This document shows positions 29,633-38,135 of a DNA stretch of 39,938 nt, piece by piece. Every line of letters begins with the position of its first letter. Position 1 is the first letter of the stretch. Source of the stretch: a virus; IMG/VR virus record IMGVR_UViG_3300045988_020036, positions 1 through 39,938 of that record; one strand, 5' to 3'. Both the position numbers and the translations under genes were made by a program. A model generated the notes under the pieces. The model saw only the letters and a program-made list of their open reading frames with translations. It did not search any database and was not told where the DNA came from.

Positions 29633-30480
29633 ACCGTCACACCTGTCTTTTCAATGGCATAGTCGATGGATACTTCCAAGCTATTTTTCCCGTCATCGGC
29701 ATCCGGCTTAATTACATTATCCCCAACTCTCAGCCGCCAGAAGCTAGAGCCTAAATCCAGCGCACCCCGGCACTCGCCATCCACAGAAGATGTTACAAAA
29801 ACACGGTCGTGGGTGATCTGCACCACAATTCTTTCGTTTGCTTCCATCCTCTTTTTTACCAGCAGATAATTGTTGGTTTTGGCATCAATAATCTTTGGAT
29901 TTGTTACCGATGCCAGAGCAATAAAGGTCACCGTAAATGGGATTTGAAGCTGCCCGGAATTGTAAATGTTAATAAACTGTGCCGTTACCACCTCGCCAAA
30001 ACGATATGGTTTCGAGATGTTCCACGGGAATTTGAACCGCTTTCTCACACCTCGCAGTGTGGCAAAGGCATTTTCGTTCCGCATCCAGTATGGATATGCA
30101 GCCAGCAAGGAAAACTGAAATCTTGCATTTCTGGTTTTCGCTTCGATGGTCGGTGTTTCCGTTGGGCGGCAATCCAGAAAAAAGTCATCGCAGAACAGTT
30201 TCCCGTCCAGATCTGGGCGAACAACGCCTAGAAGATCTTCCTTTTTCTCCCCCTGCATTTCACCAACGATAACGCCGGAGACGGTCACCGGGCGGCTTTG
30301 GACATTGGCAGACCGCACAGTTGTGCCAGTCTGCCCGATGCCCTGGGCTTCATCAATCGAAACCGATACGGAATCGACACCGTTTGGCTTGCTGATTAAA
30401 AACCCATCGTCATAAGTAAACGTGATGGACTTTCCTTCACTGTTTTCATATCGAAAAATTTTTGATAAGTTGTTAAACAT
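29629..30480 (-). CDS. Distal tail protein (Dit, Sipho_tail family)
   Basis: Follows the tape-measure gene. ATG 30480 (TAATG overlap) follows GAGGTGGA. Contains FRYENSEGKSITFTYDDGFLISKPNGVDSVSVSI. Confidence 0.75.
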   Translation of the reverse strand: MFNNLSKIFRYENSEGKSITFTYDDGFLISKPNGVDSVSVSIDEAQGIGQTGTTVRSANVQSRPVTVSGVIVGEMQGEKKEDLLGVVRPDLDGKLFCDDFFLDCRPTETPTIEAKTRNARFQFSLLAAYPYWMRNENAFATLRGVRKRFKFPWNISKPYRFGEVVTAQFINIYNSGQLQIPFTVTFIALASVTNPKIIDAKTNNYLLVKKRMEANERIVVQITHDRVFVTSSVDGECRGALDLGSSFWRLRVGDNVIKPDADDGKNSLEVSIDYAIEKTGVTV

Positions 30481-33068
30481 TACATCGTCCACCTCGCTTG
30501 CTCAAATGCCGCCTGTGTTGCCGCCGCCAGCTGAACCGGGGTCTGAGGTACGGCATGGATATTCTGCACGATGGTTACACCTTGGCTGTTTCCTCCACTT
30601 CGCCCACGCCGCCATTGATCTGCTTCATAAGCGTTCAGAACCGCTTCACCACGGTGGAGCATTGCGGGCATCTCGTTGAAAGGAACATAGTCCATTCCGA
30701 TTGCTTTCCCAGGATAAGATGCGCCGTTAAATCTTGCGTTTACGGTGATCGTCACAGGTTTTAAGCTGCCCTGCAAAGCACTCGTCATTTTGCTGCCCAG
30801 TGTTCGCATTACGCCCTCAACGCCGGGAATTCCAGAATTCAAGCCACCGATAAAACCAGCTATCGTGTTATTCGCCGCATCTCTCGCTTCACCGGTTTTG
30901 TCCAGTGATGTCGCAAATGCCGCATAATCCTCACTAATTTTTTGGAGCTGTTCTGCGATCTTACCGCTCATGTCCGTGAAGTTGCTGGCCAGAGAAGTTT
31001 GAGATTCTTTTACGCCGCTGAAAAGCCCAAGCAGCTCATTTATTAACGCCGCACCTTCCTCTGTCGCTGCTCCACCAGCTTCTTGCATTGCTTCCACAAT
31101 GGCGCTGGCATACGCTGCGCCGCTTGCGCCGTAGCTTTTCAGGGCATCTTCCAAACTGCCCAGTCCGTTTTCGGAAAGATATTGCAGATTCTCGGCATAT
31201 TTTGTGTTGAAATCAATCTGAGATTGCATATTCTCTTTGATTTCGTTGAAAGTTATCGAAACGCCAGCACTAGCCTCCTGAAACGGTTTGAACCACGACT
31301 GTACACTTTCAAGTGTCTGCACATAGCTATCATGATATGTCTGCATCAACTGTGTTGCCGATGCCACATATTCTTCTGTTGCCGCCTTGAACTGGTCGGG
31401 CGTATCCTGAACGCTTTCAGCAGTTGCCACATTTTCTGCTTGAAAATCCAGCATCAGCTGTACCGCATCTTGATACGCCCCTTCCATCATTTTGAGCGTA
31501 TTCAAGTCGGATTTCAGCCAAGGTGTGCCATCCTTGTGCGCGCTTTTCATTTTGTTGGTGACGGCAAGATAATTCTCAGCCTTTGCGGCTGCTTCTTCGT
31601 AGCTGTTTGCAACAACTTTTCCTTCCTGGCCGCTGGTGCGAACGCCGTTTATAAATCCGGTAGTTACATCAACCAATTTTCCCAAAAGTGGCGACAACTG
31701 CTCACCGGCATCAGACATTAGCAAGCCCCAGGAAACTTTTAGCTTGTTGATCTTTTCATCAAGCGTACTTGCCATTTTCCCAAACGCTTCTTCTGCTGCA
31801 CCAGCAGAATTTTGCATCGAAACCATAATGCTATTCAGATCTTCGACATTTTGGGAAATGGTGCTGGCCGCCTTGCCCGCTTCTTGAGAACTGAACATCT
31901 CGTTAATGGCAACACCAGCCTTTTTTGCTTGGCCTTGCAGGATTTGAATAACCTCGCCAAGTGACATACCAGATGCCATCAGTTCAGCGAAAGACTGCCC
32001 AGTTGCTTCTTTCAGTTCCTTGGATGCGATAGAACCGCTTTTGCCAAGCTCGTTCAACATACCATTCAGGTACGTTGTCGTTTCGGCAGTATCAATACCG
32101 TTTTTTGTCATCACCGCATAAGCGGAGGCGACAGTATCAAGGCTGACATTATACGCTCTGGCTGTTGGGATAACACGGCCCATTGCCGATGCCAGTTCAT
32201 TAACCGTTGTTTTGCCAAGGTTCTGCGTTGTGATCAGTTTATCCGCAATGCTGGTGGCATCTTTAGCCGACATACCATAAGCGTTGATAATAGTTGTAAG
32301 CACATCCACAGCTGTTGCCGTATCAGTAAAGCCGCCCTTCGCCAGTTTCACCGCCTGGGTTGTGAAATCCACAGCACTAGCCTGATCCACCGATGCGGAG
32401 ATTGCGGAATAAACAGCTTCCGAAAAATCGCCAATCGCAACACCGGTTTCAGCAGCAGCCGTTTTAATGCTATCGAAGTACTTTTTTGTGTTTGTATCAG
32501 ATGAAAGAAGGGTGTTTACCTTTGCAAATGCGGTTTCGGTTTCGGCAGCTGTTTTTACACAGGCAACGCCAAAGTCCACAATCTTTTTTGCCGTGAATGC
32601 CCCGGCAAGCGCAGCTCCAATTTTTGTTAAACTGCCGTCTAGGATATCAGAAAAGCTCTGTATCTTGCCGCCAGTTTCTGGGATTTGCTCCAACGACTGG
32701 TCAAATTGATCAGCTGCACTGGCCGCCTCCCGCAATACCTGGCTATTCTGGGCAACCTTCCCGGATAACGCGTAGATTTCTGCGCCAACCTTTTGCGTTT
32801 CCTCTGCACCGCCGCCAAGCGTACTATAAAGCTCAATATATTTCTCTTTTAACAGCTGTAGTTTTTTCTGCTGGTTTTGGAAATCGTTAGAAACTCGCTT
32901 CGCTTTTTCGTTGAACTTTTCGTAGCCGCCACCGGCTTTTTCCATGCTTTTAGAGATTTCCTCGGCGGTTCTTGAAGCGGTTTTGCCAATTTTAGAAATA
33001 TCATCACTGGCATTATCTTTCGCCATTATGGAAATATAATATTCAAGTAAAGATCCTATGGCATTCAC
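30480..33068 (-). CDS. Tape measure protein
   Basis: 862 aa, Ala-rich and helical, downstream of the G/GT chaperone pair. Contains TMP-like VGVAIGDFSEAVYSAISA. Confidence 0.9.
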   Translation of the reverse strand: MNAIGSLLEYYISIMAKDNASDDISKIGKTASRTAEEISKSMEKAGGGYEKFNEKAKRVSNDFQNQQKKLQLLKEKYIELYSTLGGGAEETQKVGAEIYALSGKVAQNSQVLREAASAADQFDQSLEQIPETGGKIQSFSDILDGSLTKIGAALAGAFTAKKIVDFGVACVKTAAETETAFAKVNTLLSSDTNTKKYFDSIKTAAAETGVAIGDFSEAVYSAISASVDQASAVDFTTQAVKLAKGGFTDTATAVDVLTTIINAYGMSAKDATSIADKLITTQNLGKTTVNELASAMGRVIPTARAYNVSLDTVASAYAVMTKNGIDTAETTTYLNGMLNELGKSGSIASKELKEATGQSFAELMASGMSLGEVIQILQGQAKKAGVAINEMFSSQEAGKAASTISQNVEDLNSIMVSMQNSAGAAEEAFGKMASTLDEKINKLKVSWGLLMSDAGEQLSPLLGKLVDVTTGFINGVRTSGQEGKVVANSYEEAAAKAENYLAVTNKMKSAHKDGTPWLKSDLNTLKMMEGAYQDAVQLMLDFQAENVATAESVQDTPDQFKAATEEYVASATQLMQTYHDSYVQTLESVQSWFKPFQEASAGVSITFNEIKENMQSQIDFNTKYAENLQYLSENGLGSLEDALKSYGASGAAYASAIVEAMQEAGGAATEEGAALINELLGLFSGVKESQTSLASNFTDMSGKIAEQLQKISEDYAAFATSLDKTGEARDAANNTIAGFIGGLNSGIPGVEGVMRTLGSKMTSALQGSLKPVTITVNARFNGASYPGKAIGMDYVPFNEMPAMLHRGEAVLNAYEADQWRRGRSGGNSQGVTIVQNIHAVPQTPVQLAAATQAAFEQARWTM

Positions 33069-33696
33069 CCCCTCATGGCATCCAGTTTTTCACTGATGCG
33101 GTCTATAATCTCCTCGCCGCTTTCGGTCTGCACTGGATTTTCAATAATGAAATCTGCGTATCGGTTTTCCATACATCTGCCACCCAGCGTTTTTGCCACA
33201 CTTTCGCAGATGTAAAGCAGGGTATCCGATGTGTAAATTCTATAGGATTCTTCATTTTGCTGTTTTTCAAATTGCGCCACAATCAACCGCAGGATTGATT
33301 TGAAAGGAAGCCTGTCCCAGAACGCTGGGTCAACAGCGCAGAAGGACAGGCTATAGCCTCTTAGCCCAGCGACAGCAGCGAAATAAAAAAATCCATCACA
33401 TCGTCACGCCGGATACACTTTGTGAAGGTCACCAGCGCATTAGGGGCTTTTTCGCCGTCTTCCAAAATCCACATGGCATCCGTCAGCTCGCCGGTTTCCT
33501 TCGGGAATTCGGTGCAGGCTCTTTTCGCCATATCTTTCATCACACGCTTACCCGAATCGCTGGAACTTTCGCCCTCCTTCGGAGGGGTTCTCAGTTCAAG
33601 GATTTTCGTTTTCTCTGCGAACGCTTCGATCTGGCTCACAAGATCGAAAGTTTTCGGCAACAGTTCGCTGTTGGGAAGGTCAAAAACAAAGGTCAT
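33065..33696 (-). CDS. Tail assembly chaperone frameshift product (gpGT analogue; -1 shift at 33385-33391)
   Basis: The -1 frame is open from the slippery site across the G stop (33361) and merges with ORF 33065..33286. I verified codon by codon that there are no stops. Confidence 0.7.
33361..33696 (-). CDS. Tail assembly chaperone (gpG analogue)
   Basis: 111 aa between the major tail and tape-measure genes. Contains a slippery T7 run 8 codons before its stop. Confidence 0.8.
   Translation of the reverse strand: MTFVFDLPNSELLPKTFDLVSQIEAFAEKTKILELRTPPKEGESSSDSGKRVMKDMAKRACTEFPKETGELTDAMWILEDGEKAPNALVTFTKCIRRDDVMDFFISLLSLG
33385..33391 (-). promoter_or_regulatory. Slippery heptamer U UUU UUU for -1 programmed ribosomal frameshifting
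   Basis: The zero frame reads GA[T TTT TTT] ATT. Confidence 0.7.
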
Positions 33697-34262
33697 GCGG
33701 CAACCTCCTGATCAACATAGAATTCCATGGGGCACTCGGTGGCGTTCTGCAAAGATACATGGCCTTGCAGCTCCACAGTAATCTGTCCCTTGCCATTCTT
33801 CACAGTCTTCAAACTAAAGCCGCCGGAAGACAGAACATTTTTCAGGCAGATAGCAGCCAGGCCATTTTCGCCCATATCGCCAACCCACCAGATCTGATCG
33901 GTAAAGTCGCTTAGCTCCAGCGTGTCTTTGGGGGTGATCTTTTCGCCAGCCACGGTTGCCGGGCCAATTGCCAGCTTTACGCCATCGGCTGTCATCGTCA
34001 CGGCAGTGAAACTCATTTTACAGTCCCAGCCGGTCAGGGACTTCAATTCCTTGGTGTTGTTGGGTACGTTGTCGATGTCTTCGCCGTCATCGGTGTATGT
34101 TGCCACGCAGGATGCAGTGATACCGCCAGTTGTGGCATACAGGATATCAGTATCCAGTGGCTTTGCGGGCTTTGCAGGATCAAACTTGTTCAGAATCATA
34201 CCCGCACCACGGGGGATGTTTTTGAAGGCATCAGATGCAATCTGTGTAAACATTTTACTCAA
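33693..34262 (-). CDS. Major tail protein
   Basis: 189 aa upstream of the chaperones. Beta-rich; contains GWDCKMSFTAVTM...GKGQITVELQG. Confidence 0.8.
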   Translation of the reverse strand: MSKMFTQIASDAFKNIPRGAGMILNKFDPAKPAKPLDTDILYATTGGITASCVATYTDDGEDIDNVPNNTKELKSLTGWDCKMSFTAVTMTADGVKLAIGPATVAGEKITPKDTLELSDFTDQIWWVGDMGENGLAAICLKNVLSSGGFSLKTVKNGKGQITVELQGHVSLQNATECPMEFYVDQEVAA

Positions 34263-34285
34263 TTTATCGTTTCCTCCTTTTGTTC

Positions 34286-34648
34286 CTAAATGTAGAATTC
34301 AGCGGAGATGTTCAGTCCTCGCCGTTTAATGCTGTTATCCTCATCTGGGATCGCCCGGATAGCAGGGGAACCCATGGTAAGCCAGATATACCCACCATCC
34401 ACATTGATGGTGCATCCTTCTCTGCCGATGGCATCCATGATTTCCAACGCTTTTTCTGTGGGCAATGCTTCGGATTCCGTTTTGTACCAGATGTACACCG
34501 CCAAATTTACCGGAAAGCCATCAAACCAGGAAACGGCGAACGGATATGTGATGTACGGCATCTTTTTATCTTCCGGCACTGCCGTTTCAGGATATGCCGG
34601 GATGCCAAACCCGTTGAAGAACTGGTGTAATGCTTTATCAGCCGTCAC
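34286..34648 (-). CDS. Tail completion / tail terminator-like protein
   Basis: 120 aa between the head-closure and major tail genes. GTG start follows GGTGGGAG. Confidence 0.55.
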   Translation of the reverse strand: MTADKALHQFFNGFGIPAYPETAVPEDKKMPYITYPFAVSWFDGFPVNLAVYIWYKTESEALPTEKALEIMDAIGREGCTINVDGGYIWLTMGSPAIRAIPDEDNSIKRRGLNISAEFYI

Positions 34649-34997
34649 TAGGCAGCTCCCACCTTTCTGCCGTTACCTGGCACATATCCAGGGTGCCAAC
34701 ATTTGGGGACTGCTTATCGTTCCCATTGCTGGTTGCCCGGAAGATTGTTCCGTCAGATTCACGCCTGAAAACATCGTGGAAACTCAGGGGTGTCGCTTTC
34801 CGTGTGGTCACGGTGTAAATGCTGGTCACGCCCTCTTTTTCTGCAATACGGCTCTGCATGGTGGTATCCATAACGATTGCCGCCTTAAACTCTGCTCCTG
34901 CTTCCCATTTTGTCAGCCAGCCGCCAGCACCGTCAGGTGTGCGCTTTTTCTCCATCAAAACGCAGGTTTCGGACAAAAAGTTATCCAACAAACTCAT
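34638..34997 (-). CDS. Head closure / head-tail adaptor protein (SPP1 gp16-like)
   Basis: ATG 34997 (TGATG overlap) follows GGAGGAAA. Contains TPDGAGGWLTKWEAGAEFKAAI...RIAEKEGVTSIYTVTT. Confidence 0.7.
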   Translation of the reverse strand: MSLLDNFLSETCVLMEKKRTPDGAGGWLTKWEAGAEFKAAIVMDTTMQSRIAEKEGVTSIYTVTTRKATPLSFHDVFRRESDGTIFRATSNGNDKQSPNVGTLDMCQVTAERWELPSDG

Positions 34998-35431
34998 CAC
35001 AGTTTCCTCCATGCTCTAAGCCGTGGCGCAAATGCTGCTCTCCAAGTCAAGGCTTCGCCGCTGGTGGCATTTGCGTTCGACTTGGTGTACGAATACCCGC
35101 CGAAAGATTCACTCTGATATGGGCTTGCCAGAGCCTCAGCGTTCTTCTCCTGCCAAGTGTTTATTTCATCCAGCAAAGAAAGAACTTCATTTGGAACACA
35201 AATTTCCGTAACAATGCCGGTAAAGGTTTCGTTTCGTAAATCCGTATCTCCGTATATGTGGATACCGCTGTTTCTTCGGCTTCCTTCGATCAGGTAATAG
35301 TCTCCGTTTTCCAGGCCGGGGAGGAACAGACGGTTGCCTGTAATTTCTTCTTCAAAGAATCCCCACTTTTCACCCGGAAAAAAATTCCGCAGATATTGAA
35401 GCAATTCATACAGGCTTACCGTCTGCCCCAT
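34997..35431 (-). CDS. Head-tail connector protein (gp6/gp15-like)
   Basis: 144 aa. The C-terminal SPYQSESFGGYSYTK...WRAAFAPRLRAWRKL is typical of the family. Confidence 0.7.
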   Translation of the reverse strand: MGQTVSLYELLQYLRNFFPGEKWGFFEEEITGNRLFLPGLENGDYYLIEGSRRNSGIHIYGDTDLRNETFTGIVTEICVPNEVLSLLDEINTWQEKNAEALASPYQSESFGGYSYTKSNANATSGEALTWRAAFAPRLRAWRKL

Positions 35432-35445
35432 TTTCTCCCCTCCTT

Positions 35446-35550
35446 TTACTGCCCCTTAACGGCGGTCAGAATGTCCGCTTTACTCATTGCGGCACTGACA
35501 CCGGGGATGTTGTTTTCTTTTGCATAATCCAACAGCTGAGCTTTCGTCAT
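35446..35550 (-). CDS. 34-aa Rho_N / SAP(HeH)-like mini-protein
   Basis: Not in the ORF track. My translation is MTKAQLLDYAKENNIPGVSAAMSKADILTAVKGQ. Lies directly after the capsid gene. Confidence 0.55.
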   Translation of the reverse strand: MTKAQLLDYAKENNIPGVSAAMSKADILTAVKGQ

Positions 35551-35600
35551 GCTGTCAAAGTCCACGTTTCCCGGTGCGGTGTCACTAGCCAGTGCCGCTT

Positions 35601-36506
35601 TTAACCCCCCACCGCAGGGGTGATAGTAGCAACAGCGATGCCATCCAGGTACTCAGCCCACAGCTTCATGCCCATAATGGCGAACATATCGCCGGTGGCA
35701 CGGCTATAGTCACCTTCCACATGAACGCCGATCAGGTTGGTTTCGCCCTTGACGGTGTAGTTCAGGCCCAGCTTGGCGAAGTCGCTGTCACTGGGATCGA
35801 CATAGTACAGGTCGATGTTTTCCACAGGCAGGGCAATAACCTTGTTCCGGGCAATGTACTTTTCGGGCAACAGGAACAGGGTTCTGTAGCCCAGGAAATT
35901 TTCAACATAGGTCAGACCAAACATGGTCTGCATGGTGATCTCCTTTTCCCCCAGGTAGTCATACAGATCCAGGATGTTTGCGAAGCCCACGACTTCGGTA
36001 ACGTCCTTGTCCATGGATGCAAACTTGTTCAGCACGTTACCCTTCGCCAGGGCCAGACCCTGCTGGAAGGTCTTGGCGGCTACAGCCAAACTGCCGGTGT
36101 TCAGGAATGTGTAGAAGTCACCCAGAATCTTGTTCTGAAGGGCAACCAGGAACGCATCGTCGGTTTTTTCCACGGCTACAGCCGCGCCGTACTTGGCAAC
36201 GCTCTCGATGGTCACACTCTTTGCGTACTTGGCAACTTCGATATCGCCATAAGCAACAGGGTCGACCTTCATCTTAGTGAAGGGGATCTCGTCACCTTCG
36301 GCAACGGTAGTGCCGCCCTTCAGGCCGCCGTCAACGCTGGCCTCGTAGGATACCAGCTTCGTGCCGGGGGCTTTACGGATGGGGCGCGTGATGCCCAGGA
36401 TATTTCGCAGCGCATCCCAGTTGTCGTTGAATCTGGTTACAAAGTCCACTTCTCTTGCAGAGGTGGTAAACTGGGTAGATACGGTTACATTTTCTTTTAC
36501 TGCCAT
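35601..36506 (-). CDS. Major capsid protein (HK97 fold, SPP1 gp13-like size class)
   Basis: 301 aa following the scaffold gene. No N-terminal delta domain, consistent with a separate scaffold. Confidence 0.85.
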   Translation of the reverse strand: MAVKENVTVSTQFTTSAREVDFVTRFNDNWDALRNILGITRPIRKAPGTKLVSYEASVDGGLKGGTTVAEGDEIPFTKMKVDPVAYGDIEVAKYAKSVTIESVAKYGAAVAVEKTDDAFLVALQNKILGDFYTFLNTGSLAVAAKTFQQGLALAKGNVLNKFASMDKDVTEVVGFANILDLYDYLGEKEITMQTMFGLTYVENFLGYRTLFLLPEKYIARNKVIALPVENIDLYYVDPSDSDFAKLGLNYTVKGETNLIGVHVEGDYSRATGDMFAIMGMKLWAEYLDGIAVATITPAVGG

Positions 36507-36529
36507 TTCAACAGCTCCTTTCAGATTTT

Positions 36530-37141
36530 TTAATCAGTGTTGTTAGCCATGCTTTCAGCAAGCGCAGCCTGCCGCTCTGCCGTAGACAGAATGTAGCGGC
36601 CTTTATCATCCTTCTTGTAAATTTCCTCCCGGCTTTTGATGCCGCCGGAAGTATTGGGCGGGGTCTTGGTGTCGGTGCCCTTGGTGGTGGTTTTTCCAAT
36701 CAGTCCCTTGTAGTCACCGCTCAGCAGGGTATCCAGTGCGGTGCTGTCCTTGATCTTCTCGCCGTCCAGCTCCAAACCGCTGATCTCTGCCTTTGCCCCA
36801 CGGATCACAAGTCCCATGCTGTCAGCGGGAATGCCCTTGCTTTCAAAGTAAGCTCTCGCCGCCTTTTCCTTGGCAGCTGCGCTTTCCTTTTCTGCAATGC
36901 CGTTCTTGTAGTCCTGGAAATCCTTCTTCTCCTTTTCATACTTCGCCTTGTAGTCGTTGCCGCTGTTGTTCTTCAGTGCATCCAATTCCCTCTGAACGCC
37001 CGGAAGTTTTTCGGCATCGGCTCTGTAGGCTTCTCTCTGCTCCTTGATGGCATCCACAGTTTCCGTGTGTGCCTCAATGATCTGGTCGATTTTTTCATCT
37101 TCGATGCCCATTGCTTTCAGCATCTTTCTCGTTAGGCTCAT
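36530..37141 (-). CDS. Scaffolding protein (Phage_GP20-like)
   Basis: MSLTRKMLKAMGIEDEKIDQIIEAHTETVDAIKEQRE...; highly charged and helical; upstream of the capsid gene. Confidence 0.8.
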   Translation of the reverse strand: MSLTRKMLKAMGIEDEKIDQIIEAHTETVDAIKEQREAYRADAEKLPGVQRELDALKNNSGNDYKAKYEKEKKDFQDYKNGIAEKESAAAKEKAARAYFESKGIPADSMGLVIRGAKAEISGLELDGEKIKDSTALDTLLSGDYKGLIGKTTTKGTDTKTPPNTSGGIKSREEIYKKDDKGRYILSTAERQAALAESMANNTD

Positions 37142-37304
37142 GTCGTTATCTCCTTTTCTTCGGGGGAAGTTCTTTTCCCTTTGATACCTTCACCATATCA
37201 AAAAAAGAAGGCTTTGATACACATTTGTTTGCATATCGTTTCCTTCCATTTTGCTAACTTTTTGCTTTCCGTTTGATTACACTTTGCTTGGTTTTGCTTA
37301 ATTT

Positions 37305-37344
37305 TTGCAAAAAGAAAACCCTGTAGCGAAAAACCACTACAGGG
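37305..37344 (-). terminator. Intrinsic terminator inside the head-morphogenesis module
   Basis: Minus sense: ccctgtag-tggtttttcg-ctacaggg followed by ttttcttttt, 15 nt after the stop at 37360. A 160-bp untranslated spacer follows before the scaffold gene. Confidence 0.75.
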
Positions 37345-37359
37345 TAATTTGATATTTAA

Positions 37360-37725
37360 TTAGATATTTCCGAGTTCATCTTCGATGATCTGCGCCCATT
37401 CACCCATGTGATCCGCCGCCGCAGGGCGAAGGTACGGGTGCGGAGGCCGTCTGCTGGTTCCTTCCTCCTCAGGCTGCGCATATTCCACGTTGGTTCCCAT
37501 ATACACACTATCGCCATCAACATAGTGTGTAATACTGTTCCGTAGCCGCCCAGTGATAACATGGCATAGCTTTTTAGCGTAAGCCTCACATTTAAGTCCA
37601 ATTCTGGTTAACGCCCTTTGAATAGCTTCTTTGATTCCCTCGATGATTTCCTCTGTAAAATCCGTGATGTTCACATCCACATGAAAATCCCCGCTTCCGT
37701 AGGAATTGTGAGTATTGTTTGCCAT
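37360..37725 (-). CDS. HK97 gp10-family protein (head-tail joining / tail completion) in a non-canonical position
   Basis: VITGRLRNSITHYVDGDSVYMGTNVEYAQPEEEG...PHPYLRPA matches the family signature (TG.L..SI....VG..V.YA..VE.G...P.L.PA). Confidence 0.75.
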   Translation of the reverse strand: MANNTHNSYGSGDFHVDVNITDFTEEIIEGIKEAIQRALTRIGLKCEAYAKKLCHVITGRLRNSITHYVDGDSVYMGTNVEYAQPEEEGTSRRPPHPYLRPAAADHMGEWAQIIEDELGNI

Positions 37726-37731
37726 AGTTTT

Positions 37732-37932
37732 TTACTCCTTTTCCTTTATGCCCAGCTTTTCATTAAGCGTTAACATTGGGATTTCCAGTTCGTATTTGTC
37801 CATCACGACAGTTATCACATACGCAACGCCAGCAGCAAAACCACGCCTGTAGATTATGTATGCAGATGTGGCCCACAAAATCAGCAATGCAACGCAGGCA
37901 GCGGTGTAAAAAAAGATACTTGCCATAATCAA
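37732..37932 (-). CDS. Small two-helix membrane protein
   Basis: IFFYTAACVALLILWATSAYIIY and AAGVAYVITVV; 66 aa. Confidence 0.5.
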   Translation of the reverse strand: MIMASIFFYTAACVALLILWATSAYIIYRRGFAAGVAYVITVVMDKYELEIPMLTLNEKLGIKEKE

Positions 37933-38132
37933 ATCCTTTCAATTGCTTGTATCTCGCTTTGATAAACGCTTTCGACTCCACCGCCATCCAAATCCAAGGC
38001 AATAGAATCTTCCGTATCTCCCGTTTCCTCAGCATCCCAAACACAAATTGTCTTGCCACTTATAACAGTGCCATCCTTCTTACGAATAATAACTTTCGGA
38101 AGGTCATTTGCATAATTCCATAAATTTATCAT
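37929..38132 (-). CDS. Small acidic protein (candidate immunity protein for the MuF C-terminal toxin domain)
   Basis: 67 aa, containing DAEETGDTEDSIALDLDGGGVES. Lies immediately downstream of the MuF-toxin gene, separated from its stop by 3 nt. Confidence 0.4.
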   Translation of the reverse strand: MINLWNYANDLPKVIIRKKDGTVISGKTICVWDAEETGDTEDSIALDLDGGGVESVYQSEIQAIERI

Positions 38133-38135
38133 AGC

